This document shows, piece by piece, positions 18,163 through 28,457 of a DNA stretch of 64,000 nt (positions are counted from its first letter, which is position 1; each line of letters begins with the position of its first letter). Made by a program: the position numbers and the translations under genes. Source of the stretch: a virus (Duplodnaviria; Caudoviricetes); IMG/VR virus record IMGVR_UViG_3300030328_002748, positions 1 through 64,000 of that record; one strand, 5' to 3'. The notes beneath the pieces were generated by a model. The model saw only the letters and a program-made list of their open reading frames with translations, was not told where the DNA came from and searched no databases.

Positions 18163-18599
18163 TTGATACCCAGTTCTTTTTCAGTAAAGATTTTAAATTC
18201 CCATGATCTATCATCACAGAAGTTCTTTGCAGCTTCCCATTTAGCTTGATTCACACCCCATGTATAAACCTCATTTAACCAAGTCTTTGTTTTCTTAGTT
18301 GGGTTTACTTTGGGTTGTTTACATTGTTTTGCTGGTTTTACCTCAACCATCATCTTTCGTAATTTTCCAGATGAATCTTTATACTTTATGGTAAAATCGG
18401 GGAAGTATCGATGCCATCGACCATCTACAGGAGATTTATATGGAATTGCAATTTCTTCACTTGCCCATTGTAATACAGTACTTTGTGTATCACAGTAGAC
18501 CATAAATTTACGTTCCCACAGAGAACGATATACAATACCCGTGGGATCTCCTTTGTATTTCTTTGGATTTGATGGTTTAAAACGACCAGAATAAGCCAT
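18159..18599 (-). CDS. g4: Head completion protein gp4
   Basis: YSGRFKPSNPKKYKGD, YRSLWE, WASEE, HRYFPDF, VEVKP, NQAKWEAA. Confidence 0.95.
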   Translation of the reverse strand: MAYSGRFKPSNPKKYKGDPTGIVYRSLWERKFMVYCDTQSTVLQWASEEIAIPYKSPVDGRWHRYFPDFTIKYKDSSGKLRKMMVEVKPAKQCKQPKVNPTKKTKTWLNEVYTWGVNQAKWEAAKNFCDDRSWEFKIFTEKELGIK

Positions 18600-18640
18600 C
18601 TAAATAAAACATAACAAGCCTTTTAATATTTAGAGCCATC

Positions 18641-19567
18641 ATGGCAGATAAAAGATTTACAGGTGGTGCTTATCAAATTGATGATTTGAGAGGTAGGTTC
18701 CAAACAGTAGCTACTGACGATCAGTATCAAGTATTTTTTAATATGAAAGGTGCTTTGGTTGATATAGCTAAAGACCTTGGTATGGATTATAGATTTTTGA
18801 TAGAAGACTTAGGATTATATGTTGCGGATGCGGTATTGCCTGGATCATCATTTGCCGATGTAGAAATTTCTGGAGATAGACAAGGTATTACAGAAAGAAA
18901 TCCTTTTCAAAGAATATATGATGATGTAACTTTCAGTTTTTATGTTGATAGAAATTATCAAGTTTTAAGATTCTTTGAATCATGGATTCAGTATATTAAT
19001 CCTTTGGTTAGTAATACAAGGGGAATTGCTGCTAATCAGGTGATGAGATTTAGTTATCCTGATAATTATAAAGGTGAAATGATAATAACTAAGTTCAATA
19101 AAGATTTAACTGCAAGAAGTAAAAACTATGGATTTGGTAATTCTTTAGTGGATTATCTGGATCAATTAAGTTATAGATTCTTCCGTGTATGGCCTTATTC
19201 TTTGGCATCAACTCCTGTAAGTTATCAAGGACAAAGTTTATTGAGAGTTAACGTAACCTTTAGATATGATCGATATATTGTTAGTGAAGTAACTAGGCCA
19301 GTTCAACCTCCTCGTGGAGGCAGAATAAGATATTCTGCATATGGTACAGAAGATTATAGTTTTGGATCTCAGAAGGATAATAATACTACTACGAGTAATA
19401 ATACTATAGCTGGTACTAATGTAGATGATATGGGTAAAGGTTTCTATAATGTTAATACCCAAAAAGGAGATGGGTGGAGTTGGAGTAACTTGAATCCTTG
19501 GAATTGGAATTGGAAATTTGAAAAACCTAGTAATTGGAACATCAAGGACAGTACTAAACCAAAATAA
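18641..19567 (+). CDS. Tail tube-like protein (gp19/gp54 family)
   Basis: LPGSSF, YDDVTFSFYVD, FFESW, VTFRYD; divergent from g4 with CTAAATA late-type elements in the gap. Confidence 0.75.
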   Translation: MADKRFTGGAYQIDDLRGRFQTVATDDQYQVFFNMKGALVDIAKDLGMDYRFLIEDLGLYVADAVLPGSSFADVEISGDRQGITERNPFQRIYDDVTFSFYVDRNYQVLRFFESWIQYINPLVSNTRGIAANQVMRFSYPDNYKGEMIITKFNKDLTARSKNYGFGNSLVDYLDQLSYRFFRVWPYSLASTPVSYQGQSLLRVNVTFRYDRYIVSEVTRPVQPPRGGRIRYSAYGTEDYSFGSQKDNNTTTSNNTIAGTNVDDMGKGFYNVNTQKGDGWSWSNLNPWNWNWKFEKPSNWNIKDSTKPK

Positions 19568-19597
19568 CCCACCTATATAAAATACTGAAAAAATATT

Positions 19598-20305
19598 ATG
19601 CCTTTACCAACAATTGCAACTCCTACGTTTGAACTGACGTTACCATCAAACGGAAAAAAAATTAAATACAGGCCTTTCTTAGTAAAGGAGGAAAAACTTC
19701 TTATTTTAGCTCTTGAGAGTCAAGACACTAAAGATATTACTCGGGCTATAAAGGATACTTTAAAAAAATGTATTCTTACAAGAGGTATTAAAGTAGATCA
19801 GTTGCCTACTTTCGATATTGAATATATTTTCTTGAATATAAGAGGAAGATCTGTTGGTGAAACTTTGAATCTTAATATTATTTGTCCTGATGATGGAAAG
19901 ACAACAGTTCCCGTAGCTTTGGGTGTTGATGAAATCCAAGTTGTTAAAAATGACGAACATACTCTTGACATTGATATTGATGGAAAATATAAAATAAGAA
20001 TGAAATATCCTACTTTGGATCAATTCATTACAAATAATTTTAATTTTCTTGATGAAAAGGCTGATGTCTTTAAGATAGTTTCTCAGTGTGTTGATCTTGT
20101 ATATGATGATGAGACTGCTTATGAAGATTTCAATGAAAAGGAGATGATTAAATTCCTTGAACAGTTTAGTTCTCAACAGTTCAAGAATATTGAAAATTTC
20201 TTTGTAACTATGCCTAAATTATCTCATACTCTTGAGGTTATTAACCCAAATACTAAGAAGAAAAATACTATATTATTGGAGGGCCTATCCGCTTTTTTCG
20301 GGTAG
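19598..20305 (+). CDS. g26: Baseplate hub subunit gp26
   Basis: MPLPTI.TP, YRPFLVKEEK, FDIEYIFLNIRGRSVGE, MKYP, LEGLSAFF. Confidence 0.95.
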   Translation: MPLPTIATPTFELTLPSNGKKIKYRPFLVKEEKLLILALESQDTKDITRAIKDTLKKCILTRGIKVDQLPTFDIEYIFLNIRGRSVGETLNLNIICPDDGKTTVPVALGVDEIQVVKNDEHTLDIDIDGKYKIRMKYPTLDQFITNNFNFLDEKADVFKIVSQCVDLVYDDETAYEDFNEKEMIKFLEQFSSQQFKNIENFFVTMPKLSHTLEVINPNTKKKNTILLEGLSAFFG

Positions 20306-20307
20306 GT

Positions 20308-20490
20308 ATGGCTTACATCTCCGCTGAGTCATACTATAATTTAAACTTCTCATTGATGCAATACCATAAATATTCTTTGACGGAGATTGAGAATATGATG
20401 CCCTTTGAAAGGGATATATATGTTTCCTTACTTAAGAATTATCTTGAGGCTGAGAAACTCAAACATCAACAAGAACACGGATTAAGTTAA
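20308..20490 (+). CDS. g51: Baseplate hub assembly catalyst gp51
   Basis: NFSLMQYHKYSLTEIENMMPFERDIY. Confidence 0.93.
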   Translation: MAYISAESYYNLNFSLMQYHKYSLTEIENMMPFERDIYVSLLKNYLEAEKLKHQQEHGLS

Positions 20491-21932
20491 TGGGAGGAGC
20501 ATTATCAATTGGCGCATGGATGACCAAGACCCTTAAGGGCCTTGGATGGGCTATGGTTGCCGACAAGGCAGTGGATTGGACTACAAATTTTTTTAAAGGT
20601 AAAGCCCAAGATGCTAAGGATGCTTTTACTGGAAAGAAAACTGATCCTGATAAGGCAAAAAGTTTTATTTCAGGAGAGCCTTTAAGAGATAGTAATATTA
20701 AAGATACGGAACCAGATATTCAAGCAGTTGATAAACTTGGAGAACCACTTTTAATGGTTCCTCCTCAAGCACCTACTGTTCCAAATTTACTGCCGCCAGG
20801 AGCTCCACTTGGCATTACTACTGGTGAAGATACGACTATAGATTTTATAGTAAGAGAAATTAATAATATTAATTATAATGTGCAACAAATTGCCTGGGCA
20901 ATGGCACAAAATTCTGCGATTGATGCAGAGTTTAGGGAGTATCTTATACAAGAACAAAAGAGAGTATTAGCTGATAGGGGTAAAGAGGCTTCAAAACAGA
21001 AATCAAAGACTTCTAGAAAATTTGCTCAACAGATGAAACAGGCCACTGTTGATCCAATAAGAAGAAATTTACAATCAGCAGCAACACAGTTGGGAGGTGG
21101 TTTACTTGGTTATGCTGCATTGGTTGGTATTAGTGGTGTTCAACAATTAATGGATAATATAACTGGGAAGAATAAGAAAACTAATCAAGAAACTTTATTA
21201 AATGCCTTTAAAGATCAACCTCAAGCTATTAAATTGTTGGGTAGAATAAGGAAAGGTGAATCTGGTAATCAGTATGATGCAATATTTGATAGAGGTAATT
21301 TAAAAGATTTTGCTGAGGCCGAGGGTAAAGATATTACTAAAATGACTATAGATCAGGTAATAAAATTACAAAATGACTATAAAGAACATCAAAGAAAAAA
21401 AGGTGTGCCAGAAGAGGAAATTCGTGCTGGTATGGGTGCCTATCAGTTTAATGATGTTGCTACCGCTTTAGAAGGTACTAATATTAGTGGTAATCAGATG
21501 TTTGATACAAACGTTCAAGATGCTCTTGCTACTAATATGCTTAAAAATGCTGGATTAAAAGATTTTGCTGAAGGAAATCTATCAGTAGAAGAATTTGCGA
21601 ATAATTTGGCTAAAACCTTCCCTTCTATTAAGGGTGCTGATGGTAGTGGTATGTTTGAAGATATTGGTTTAAAAGGAACAAAAAATATCTTAGATGTACT
21701 TCAGAAATGGAATGAGACATTAAACTTGGAAGATGATACTGGTAACGAGGGTCTTAAAAGGTTACTAGACTTTTCTGAGACAGCAATATTACCAACTATA
21801 ACGAATGATATGAGAGATAAGAAGGATTTGAATCAAGAGAATTCTGGTGGTGTTGGTGGTAATGATTCTCCAGATCCTTTGGATCCAAATCCTATAGGAT
21901 CGCCATGGAAATCACTTTTAGGAGTTGATTGA
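20490..21932 (+). CDS. Baseplate/tail protein with a lysozyme-like (muramidase) domain
   Basis: GESGNQYDAIF..ITKMTIDQVI..GAYQF..FDTNVQD resembles lambda-lysozyme-like muramidases. Confidence 0.6.
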   Translation: MGGALSIGAWMTKTLKGLGWAMVADKAVDWTTNFFKGKAQDAKDAFTGKKTDPDKAKSFISGEPLRDSNIKDTEPDIQAVDKLGEPLLMVPPQAPTVPNLLPPGAPLGITTGEDTTIDFIVREINNINYNVQQIAWAMAQNSAIDAEFREYLIQEQKRVLADRGKEASKQKSKTSRKFAQQMKQATVDPIRRNLQSAATQLGGGLLGYAALVGISGVQQLMDNITGKNKKTNQETLLNAFKDQPQAIKLLGRIRKGESGNQYDAIFDRGNLKDFAEAEGKDITKMTIDQVIKLQNDYKEHQRKKGVPEEEIRAGMGAYQFNDVATALEGTNISGNQMFDTNVQDALATNMLKNAGLKDFAEGNLSVEEFANNLAKTFPSIKGADGSGMFEDIGLKGTKNILDVLQKWNETLNLEDDTGNEGLKRLLDFSETAILPTITNDMRDKKDLNQENSGGVGGNDSPDPLDPNPIGSPWKSLLGVD

Positions 21933-23133
21933 TATGGCTAGATCTCAAAAGGAAACCGATCTTATTTTTGATACTTTAGCACAATCTTTAGCTAAAACTA
22001 ATAAGGATACTAATAGTATTATAAACATAATAAAGAGAGATATAGAAACAAGAACATCATCTTTAACTCAAATTAAAGATCTTAACTATAGATTGGCCAG
22101 ATATGGTGCAATGATTGCTGGTGAGATTGGATCTGCTGGTGCAAGATTTGGTGCAGGTGTTGAATGGGGTCTTTTATTTCCAGCAGGCGCAGTAAAAGAT
22201 CAACCGTGGATACCTCCTAAATCTGGCAAACCTCCTTTAGGTCAGGAACAAGAAGCATGGTCGATGGAAAATGTCTGGCAGATGGATCTTTCAAAGGTAT
22301 TTGGTAAAGTACCTGAATGGATTCCCAATCCCGAAGATGGAACGGTTTGGGATGAGGGTATTGATACACAACTAGGAGGCTTTCCTGTCCCAGAGGAAGG
22401 ATGGTTAGATGAGACTATAAAAAAACGAGATGAAAAACCTGAGATTAAAACGGGAACGGAACCATTTCCAGGCACCTCAACAGTAATTGAGAAGGAAGTA
22501 ACTGAGGAAAAATTTGAACCACAATATGTATTTTCTTCTCAATTAGAACAGTCAGTTGCAGCTATACAGAAGATGGATATAAATCAATTGAGTACTAAGG
22601 CTGCAGACCTTGATTCAATGTATAAAGATTTAATGGTAAGTAGGAGTAGTACTGAAAATCACAGGGCCTATGCTGCTATAACAAAAAGATTAGAGGAAAC
22701 TTTAATACAATTAGCTGCTGTTCAGGAACGACTAAAATCTTTAAACGCTATTACACCTACTGTTGATGGTGGTGTCACTATTACTGAATCACCAGAGATA
22801 AATTTTGAACAAGTAAAGGATGTTTTTACTATAACTCAAGTGTTACTTGATATTGCTGCTTTATTGGGTGTAACTGCTGGTGCTGCAGAACCAGGCTCAA
22901 CTGCTGCAGGTTTAACTCGTCTTGGTTTGCGTTTTCCAGCGTATCAAAGATTATTTCAAAGATTTTCGACTGGAAATCTCTTATCAAATGCATCTAATAC
23001 AAACTCAAATTCATTAGGTGGTGTGCCAATAGCCTTAAATAATAGTACAGGAGATCTTAATAATACGATAACTGACATTCAACAAACTGCTTCTGAACGG
23101 ATCTTTATTCAACCAGTACATACAATAACATGA
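21925..23133 (+). CDS. Putative virion structural protein
   Basis: 402-aa ORF inside the baseplate operon. Confidence 0.6.
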   Translation: MIDMARSQKETDLIFDTLAQSLAKTNKDTNSIINIIKRDIETRTSSLTQIKDLNYRLARYGAMIAGEIGSAGARFGAGVEWGLLFPAGAVKDQPWIPPKSGKPPLGQEQEAWSMENVWQMDLSKVFGKVPEWIPNPEDGTVWDEGIDTQLGGFPVPEEGWLDETIKKRDEKPEIKTGTEPFPGTSTVIEKEVTEEKFEPQYVFSSQLEQSVAAIQKMDINQLSTKAADLDSMYKDLMVSRSSTENHRAYAAITKRLEETLIQLAAVQERLKSLNAITPTVDGGVTITESPEINFEQVKDVFTITQVLLDIAALLGVTAGAAEPGSTAAGLTRLGLRFPAYQRLFQRFSTGNLLSNASNTNSNSLGGVPIALNNSTGDLNNTITDIQQTASERIFIQPVHTIT

Positions 23134-24470
23134 GTTATATAAAAGATATACGAATTAAAGATTTTGCAATTACCGCAATTAATGGTGATAGTATAGGAGT
23201 AGGGTTTCATCTTAGAAATGGTAAACCCGTTGATGGTAGTGGTATTAGTGGTATTGTAAGATTTGATTATTTTGAAAGTATATTTAATCCTAATGTTGCT
23301 GCTAGTATAGTTCTTACAGCTACCAGTCAAATAATTTCAGATCTTCCCATAAGAGGTACAGAAAAAGTAGAATTTACTTTAACACATCCTAGTGGTGAGC
23401 CTATTGAATTTAAAGAAGAATTGGGAACTCATTGGGTTGTAGATGGTATAGAAGAACCATCAACCAGTTCAACACAGGAGATGATTTTACTTAGATTGAC
23501 TACATCAGAGAATATTAGACAAGAATTAGTAGATAATAGATTAACACTTAGATATGATCCATCAGTTGCTATTAATGTACATGTTAATAGTATATTAAGT
23601 AATTTGGGAACCTTAAAAGAGTTTGATATTGAGAAGACTGCTAATTCATATGGTTTTTATGGTAATTATTGGAGGCCCTTTAAGGCAATATATTGGTTAG
23701 CTAAGAGAGCTACTGCTACTGGGGGTGGAGATAGAGCTGGATTTTTATTCTGGGAAACTAAATCAGGATACCATTTTAAGAGTATTGATACTATTGCTGC
23801 AACAGCAAAAGAGTCTGTTGTTCAGACATTTAAACAAAAAGAATCTGCAGCGGAGAATGAGGATTCAAATGATTATAATATATTCAATCCATTTGTAGAA
23901 ATTAATCAGAATATTGTTGGTCAACTAAGAAAACGTGGATATGGTCATAATACAAAATATTTTAATCCATATGAGATGCCTCAGACTTTCCAACCAGAGG
24001 AGACTATAAAATTATCACAGACATTTGAGAAGTCTGATTCTTTTGGTACTGATGATTATGATAAAAAAGATCTTGGAGTCGGTGATAACCCTACAAGTGT
24101 AGATGTTCAACCATATGTTAGTGGTACAATGACCCAAGATGGTACTGTTGATCCTTCTTCTGATAGTGGAGATCCTCAAAAATGGGGAATACAATCTAAT
24201 ATAAAATACCAACAAATTTTATCACAATCCCATAGATTAACAGTTCCAATGAATTTTGATCTTGAGGCTGGATTACCAATTAACCTTGAGTTAATAGCTC
24301 CTAACACAGGCCTTGACAGTTCTGAAAGTGGAGTGTATCTTATAAAAGACCTTCGACATGCAATATCCTTTGAACAAGGAACTGCTGAGTGTACCACCCA
24401 TATGCGTTGTATTCGTGATAATTATGGGAATGAAGGTATAAACACGAATATTACTTTATTAAATAGTTAA
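23130..24470 (+). CDS. Baseplate hub protein (gp27-like)
   Basis: FDYFESIF, LPIRGTE, PFKAIYWLA, FLFWETKSGYHFKSID, SGVYLIKDLRH. Confidence 0.75.
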   Translation: MSYIKDIRIKDFAITAINGDSIGVGFHLRNGKPVDGSGISGIVRFDYFESIFNPNVAASIVLTATSQIISDLPIRGTEKVEFTLTHPSGEPIEFKEELGTHWVVDGIEEPSTSSTQEMILLRLTTSENIRQELVDNRLTLRYDPSVAINVHVNSILSNLGTLKEFDIEKTANSYGFYGNYWRPFKAIYWLAKRATATGGGDRAGFLFWETKSGYHFKSIDTIAATAKESVVQTFKQKESAAENEDSNDYNIFNPFVEINQNIVGQLRKRGYGHNTKYFNPYEMPQTFQPEETIKLSQTFEKSDSFGTDDYDKKDLGVGDNPTSVDVQPYVSGTMTQDGTVDPSSDSGDPQKWGIQSNIKYQQILSQSHRLTVPMNFDLEAGLPINLELIAPNTGLDSSESGVYLIKDLRHAISFEQGTAECTTHMRCIRDNYGNEGINTNITLLNS

Positions 24471-24488
24471 AGAGTTTGAGAAAAACTT

Positions 24489-24716
24489 ATGGAAACCATA
24501 GAACAACACATAGAAAAAGATAAAGAGATCTTAGATGATCCAACAACAAATCCTGCTGCAAGAAGGCATATCAAGGATGAGTTACATGATTTGATAGAAT
24601 ATGAAGAGCATCATCACGAAGAAATTGTAGCAGGAGATCACCATGATCCAAATGCACTTGAACTCTTTTGTGACCAGCATCCAGACGAGCCAGAGTGTTT
24701 AGTATATGATGACTAA
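24489..24716 (+). CDS. cp12: CP12 Calvin cycle inhibitor
   Basis: ARRH..ELHDL..LELFCDQHPDEPECLVYDD C-terminus. Confidence 0.95.
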   Translation: METIEQHIEKDKEILDDPTTNPAARRHIKDELHDLIEYEEHHHEEIVAGDHHDPNALELFCDQHPDEPECLVYDD

Positions 24717-24742
24717 ATAAATTATACTATCTTTATCATTGA

Positions 24743-26941
24743 ATGTTAGAGAATGACGTATTAGGAAGGCCAGGCAGTTTAGGGTCTGATGGTTTAAAAT
24801 GGTGGATCGGGAGAGTTGCTCCTAGATCCTCTTGGGCCCCTTATGCCACGTTGGTTAATGATAAGGATGTTGGATTAACGGATGCAGATTCACAGGCGGA
24901 TGTTTATTATAATAGGGTGAAGGTCAGTGTAGTAGGTTATCATGAACATATAACCAATCCATATGATTTGCCGTGGGCTCATATAATGGCCACTCCAATG
25001 TTGCCTACTGGCTATGGATTCCAAGAACACACTCATTATCTTGAAGGTGGTGAGAGTGTTTTTGGTTTTTGGATGGATGGTGATGATGAACAAAAACCTG
25101 TTGTTTTAGGTGTCTTTTATAGACATAAAATGGCGGATGATCAAAGAACACCAGTTAAAGGATCGCCAAGTGTTTCATCTTCTCAAGGTAAAGGTTGCAC
25201 AACGAAGAAAGAAAAACAAGAGGGTGTTGACAGTGGAGCAAAAAAGGTATCCACTGGTAAGTATGTTCCAAAGGAAACATATAAATCTGGAAAGAGAGTA
25301 TATGATCGATCAACAGGAACAATAAAAGGAACTTGCCCAGAGAGATATCCTGTAAGTGATGAAGGTGGTTCTAAAGGTGTATCTGGTGCCGTTCTTGAAC
25401 ATCATTTCAATCTTAAAAGAAATACTAGTAGACCTAGTTGTAAGAGAGATAATACTATTGCACAAATAACTGGATATCTTGGTGATTTTGCTGAGGCTTT
25501 AATAGGAATAGAACAATATGCTGATTTCTATGTTGATGAGATTACTGGTGTTGTAAGAGATATTCAAGGTGATTTGAAAAGTATATCTAAAAAGATAGCT
25601 GGAGTTATAACGGGTAATATTAATAAAGTTCGAGATATGATTTTCGCCTTTATTGGTGATAAGATATCTGGTTTCTTAAATGCATTACTACCAGAGGAAT
25701 TGAAACCAATTCTTGGCCAAGGTATTAAGGGTGCAATGGATGTTATATATTGTCTCTTTGAAAATGTTATCGCATCTATATTCAATGTTATATTTGATTT
25801 GCTTGGTGGTTTAGTAGGTCAGTTTATTAATGCACCTCTTTGTGCTGCAGAAGAATTTGTTGGTGCTCTTCTTGGAACTGTTAATGGTTTTATTGATGAT
25901 TTAATCAGTCCTATCTTAAATACTCTTAGTGGAACTCTTGGTGGTATTCTTGGTAGTATTTCAAATTTCGTTAGTAAGGCTTTAAACGTTGTTGGTTTGA
26001 TTTATAGTTTCATCGGATGTGATGAATTCAAATGTCCTCTTCCTTCAAGATATGATACAGCATATGGCCCACAACAAGGATTAAGGAATCGTGTAGATAA
26101 GATTACAAATAAATTTGATATTGTACCTGATATGAAATATGATAAGGATGGTAATGCTATTGGTACTGGTAACAAATTCTATGACAATATCGATAAGAAT
26201 TTTGGAAATATTTTCAACCTAAAAGAATTAACACCAGAACAACAGCAAAATGCTGAAGATATTGCAGCTGTTGTTGGTGGATGTCAAACGGGCCTACTTA
26301 GATGTGGGCCTCCACAGATAGAAATTTTTGGTGGAGATGGTATCGGAGGGGCTGCCAATGCTGTTGTTAGTGAATTTGGTCAAATCATTGGTGCTGATTT
26401 AGTAGATAAAGGGAGTGGATATACTGTTCCTCCATATGTTAGATTTAAAGATGCTTGTGGTAATGGTAAAGGTGGTCGTGGTAGAGTTGTTATAAATGAT
26501 GATGGTGAAATTGATAGAATTATAATAGATTATCAGGGATATGGGTATTATAATGATTTCAGAGAAATTAAAACCATCTATGGTGACATAGTTCAAGATG
26601 AGGTTATTCCACCACCTACTAGTGATGGTGAAACTGTTATCGGTGAAATTGAGGATATTTCAATTGATCATAGTGGTAGTTCTTATGATGAAGACACAAC
26701 TGTAGTTGCTGTACCTGATAATGGTTCTATATTGGAACCTATCATTGTTAATGGTCATATCATGGGTGTTAATATAGTAGATCCTGGCAAAGGATTTACT
26801 ACCATTCCTGAGATAGAAATAAATAGCAGTACGGGAAATGACGCTGATTTAACAGCGTCTCTCAAATTTAAGTCTGTCACTGAGGCAGATGCTATTGATC
26901 CTGACAAGGTTCTATTCGTTGTAAATTGTGTTGGTAGATAA
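24743..26941 (+). CDS. g5: Baseplate hub gp5-like protein (N-terminal OB fold)
   Basis: WWIGRV, RVKVSVVGYH, LPWAH, VFGFWMDG..QKPVVLG. Confidence 0.85.
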   Translation: MLENDVLGRPGSLGSDGLKWWIGRVAPRSSWAPYATLVNDKDVGLTDADSQADVYYNRVKVSVVGYHEHITNPYDLPWAHIMATPMLPTGYGFQEHTHYLEGGESVFGFWMDGDDEQKPVVLGVFYRHKMADDQRTPVKGSPSVSSSQGKGCTTKKEKQEGVDSGAKKVSTGKYVPKETYKSGKRVYDRSTGTIKGTCPERYPVSDEGGSKGVSGAVLEHHFNLKRNTSRPSCKRDNTIAQITGYLGDFAEALIGIEQYADFYVDEITGVVRDIQGDLKSISKKIAGVITGNINKVRDMIFAFIGDKISGFLNALLPEELKPILGQGIKGAMDVIYCLFENVIASIFNVIFDLLGGLVGQFINAPLCAAEEFVGALLGTVNGFIDDLISPILNTLSGTLGGILGSISNFVSKALNVVGLIYSFIGCDEFKCPLPSRYDTAYGPQQGLRNRVDKITNKFDIVPDMKYDKDGNAIGTGNKFYDNIDKNFGNIFNLKELTPEQQQNAEDIAAVVGGCQTGLLRCGPPQIEIFGGDGIGGAANAVVSEFGQIIGADLVDKGSGYTVPPYVRFKDACGNGKGGRGRVVINDDGEIDRIIIDYQGYGYYNDFREIKTIYGDIVQDEVIPPPTSDGETVIGEIEDISIDHSGSSYDEDTTVVAVPDNGSILEPIIVNGHIMGVNIVDPGKGFTTIPEIEINSSTGNDADLTASLKFKSVTEADAIDPDKVLFVVNCVGR

Positions 26942-27528
26942 TGGCAACAACTAAAGCTGATTTTGATCTTTCAATAAAACGTCATTACCGTGAGGAGGGT
27001 GGTCAAAATTCTCCTTATGGTAAGGTGATGTATCGTGTCCTTAGTAATCGTGGTAATGGCCATGGTTGGTATTGGAACAAGAAATCTGAAGATCATTACT
27101 TATCTGCAACTGGTGGTTCTTATGAATGTTTAGGTGGTAATATTCCAAAGGAAAGAACTAAGGGTAGTGATCCTCTTTATTGTGCAAAATTAATTCATTG
27201 TAAAAATGGAGATATTGTACTTGATGCTGAAAATGGTGATATTATCTTAAAAGGTGATAATATACTTATGGAAGCCAATGGAATAAAGAATAGTGGTGAT
27301 GGTAACATATTACTTGAAGCTAATAATGAAATAAGATTGGATTCTGCTCAGGTCAAATGTGAATCAACAGATATTAGAGTTTGTGCTTCTAAGGATCTGA
27401 CTCTTGTTGGTAAGGTTTATGCTGAACTTATTGGTGGTACGTGTGCTGTGACACAAGCTGCTGACTTCGGTGCTTCAACTATAATAGGTAAAATCACAGC
27501 AATCGCAAAATCATTCGGATTTATGTAA
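26941..27528 (+). CDS. gp5 C-terminal-like beta-helix protein
   Basis: Repeated NGDIVL/NGDIIL/DGNILL beta-strand units; follows g5. Confidence 0.6.
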   Translation: MATTKADFDLSIKRHYREEGGQNSPYGKVMYRVLSNRGNGHGWYWNKKSEDHYLSATGGSYECLGGNIPKERTKGSDPLYCAKLIHCKNGDIVLDAENGDIILKGDNILMEANGIKNSGDGNILLEANNEIRLDSAQVKCESTDIRVCASKDLTLVGKVYAELIGGTCAVTQAADFGASTIIGKITAIAKSFGFM

Positions 27529-28457
27529 TGGCTAATTTTGGTGTAGCATTTGCAACTAAACTTGTAGTAGGAAGTGAGATAGGCGCTGGAGTCTTTGCTC
27601 AAAAAATTCCCTATGAAAATTCCATAAGTGGTGGTCTAACTGTTATAAACGGCCCTGCTATATTTGGTATTCAACCAGCTTTCCCTGGCATGGGAGTAGT
27701 CAATATTGGCCCGTCAGTACCTACATCAGGTATACCTGCTACGATGGGGTTGATGCTTATTCACCCTGCGATTGGAATGAATGTAGCTGCTCCAATTGCT
27801 GCTAATTTTACTGGAATTGTTAATACATTTGGCCCTAAAAATAATTTTGGCCCAAATTTAACATTTGGTCTAAAACAAACTCTTGGAATTTTTAGTAAAA
27901 TTGGAAAGGGTGTTGAGGTTGGAGGAACAGTAAAAGCAGAACCAAAGATGTGTGAGGTAGCACCTATAAGGAAAACTGCTGGTGTGTGGAACCATAGTGG
28001 ACTGTTTAATTTAACTGGTGTAGGTAATGTTGCTATTGCGATTAATAGTAAGAAAGGATTTGATATAGAACATCCAACCAAGAAAGGATGGAGACTTTCT
28101 CATATTTGTCCAGAGGCACCAACTGCCGATGTTTATTTTAGAGGTAAACATGAAGGGTCTGATCCATTATATCTTCCAGAATATTGGAATGGATTAGTTG
28201 ATCCTGAATCTATTACAGTACAATTAACTCCAGTTGGAAGTTATCAAGAATTATTTGTAGAGAAGGTAGTATGGGGTAAACAAGTTATTATTAAAAATAA
28301 TGTTGCTGGCCCTATTAAGTGTCACTATATTGTTCACGGAGAAAGAATTGATACTGAGAAAAATATTCATGAATATGAAGGAACTTGGGATGATTATCCA
28401 GGCGATAATGCCACCAGATCCGTTGTTGGTAAAGATTATGATAGGAGAGCTGCTTAA
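27528..28457 (+). CDS. Virion structural protein with C-terminal chaperone-like domain
   Basis: Gly/Pro-rich N-terminus; FDIEHPTK..RLSH.C.E.P..VYFRG..LPEYW..LVD..ITVQLTP. Confidence 0.65.
   Translation: MANFGVAFATKLVVGSEIGAGVFAQKIPYENSISGGLTVINGPAIFGIQPAFPGMGVVNIGPSVPTSGIPATMGLMLIHPAIGMNVAAPIAANFTGIVNTFGPKNNFGPNLTFGLKQTLGIFSKIGKGVEVGGTVKAEPKMCEVAPIRKTAGVWNHSGLFNLTGVGNVAIAINSKKGFDIEHPTKKGWRLSHICPEAPTADVYFRGKHEGSDPLYLPEYWNGLVDPESITVQLTPVGSYQELFVEKVVWGKQVIIKNNVAGPIKCHYIVHGERIDTEKNIHEYEGTWDDYPGDNATRSVVGKDYDRRAA

Noticed and set aside
24489-24716. CP12 inside the baseplate operon as a novelty
   Set aside because: CP12 is a well-known cyanophage auxiliary gene, and its position alone supports no further claim.
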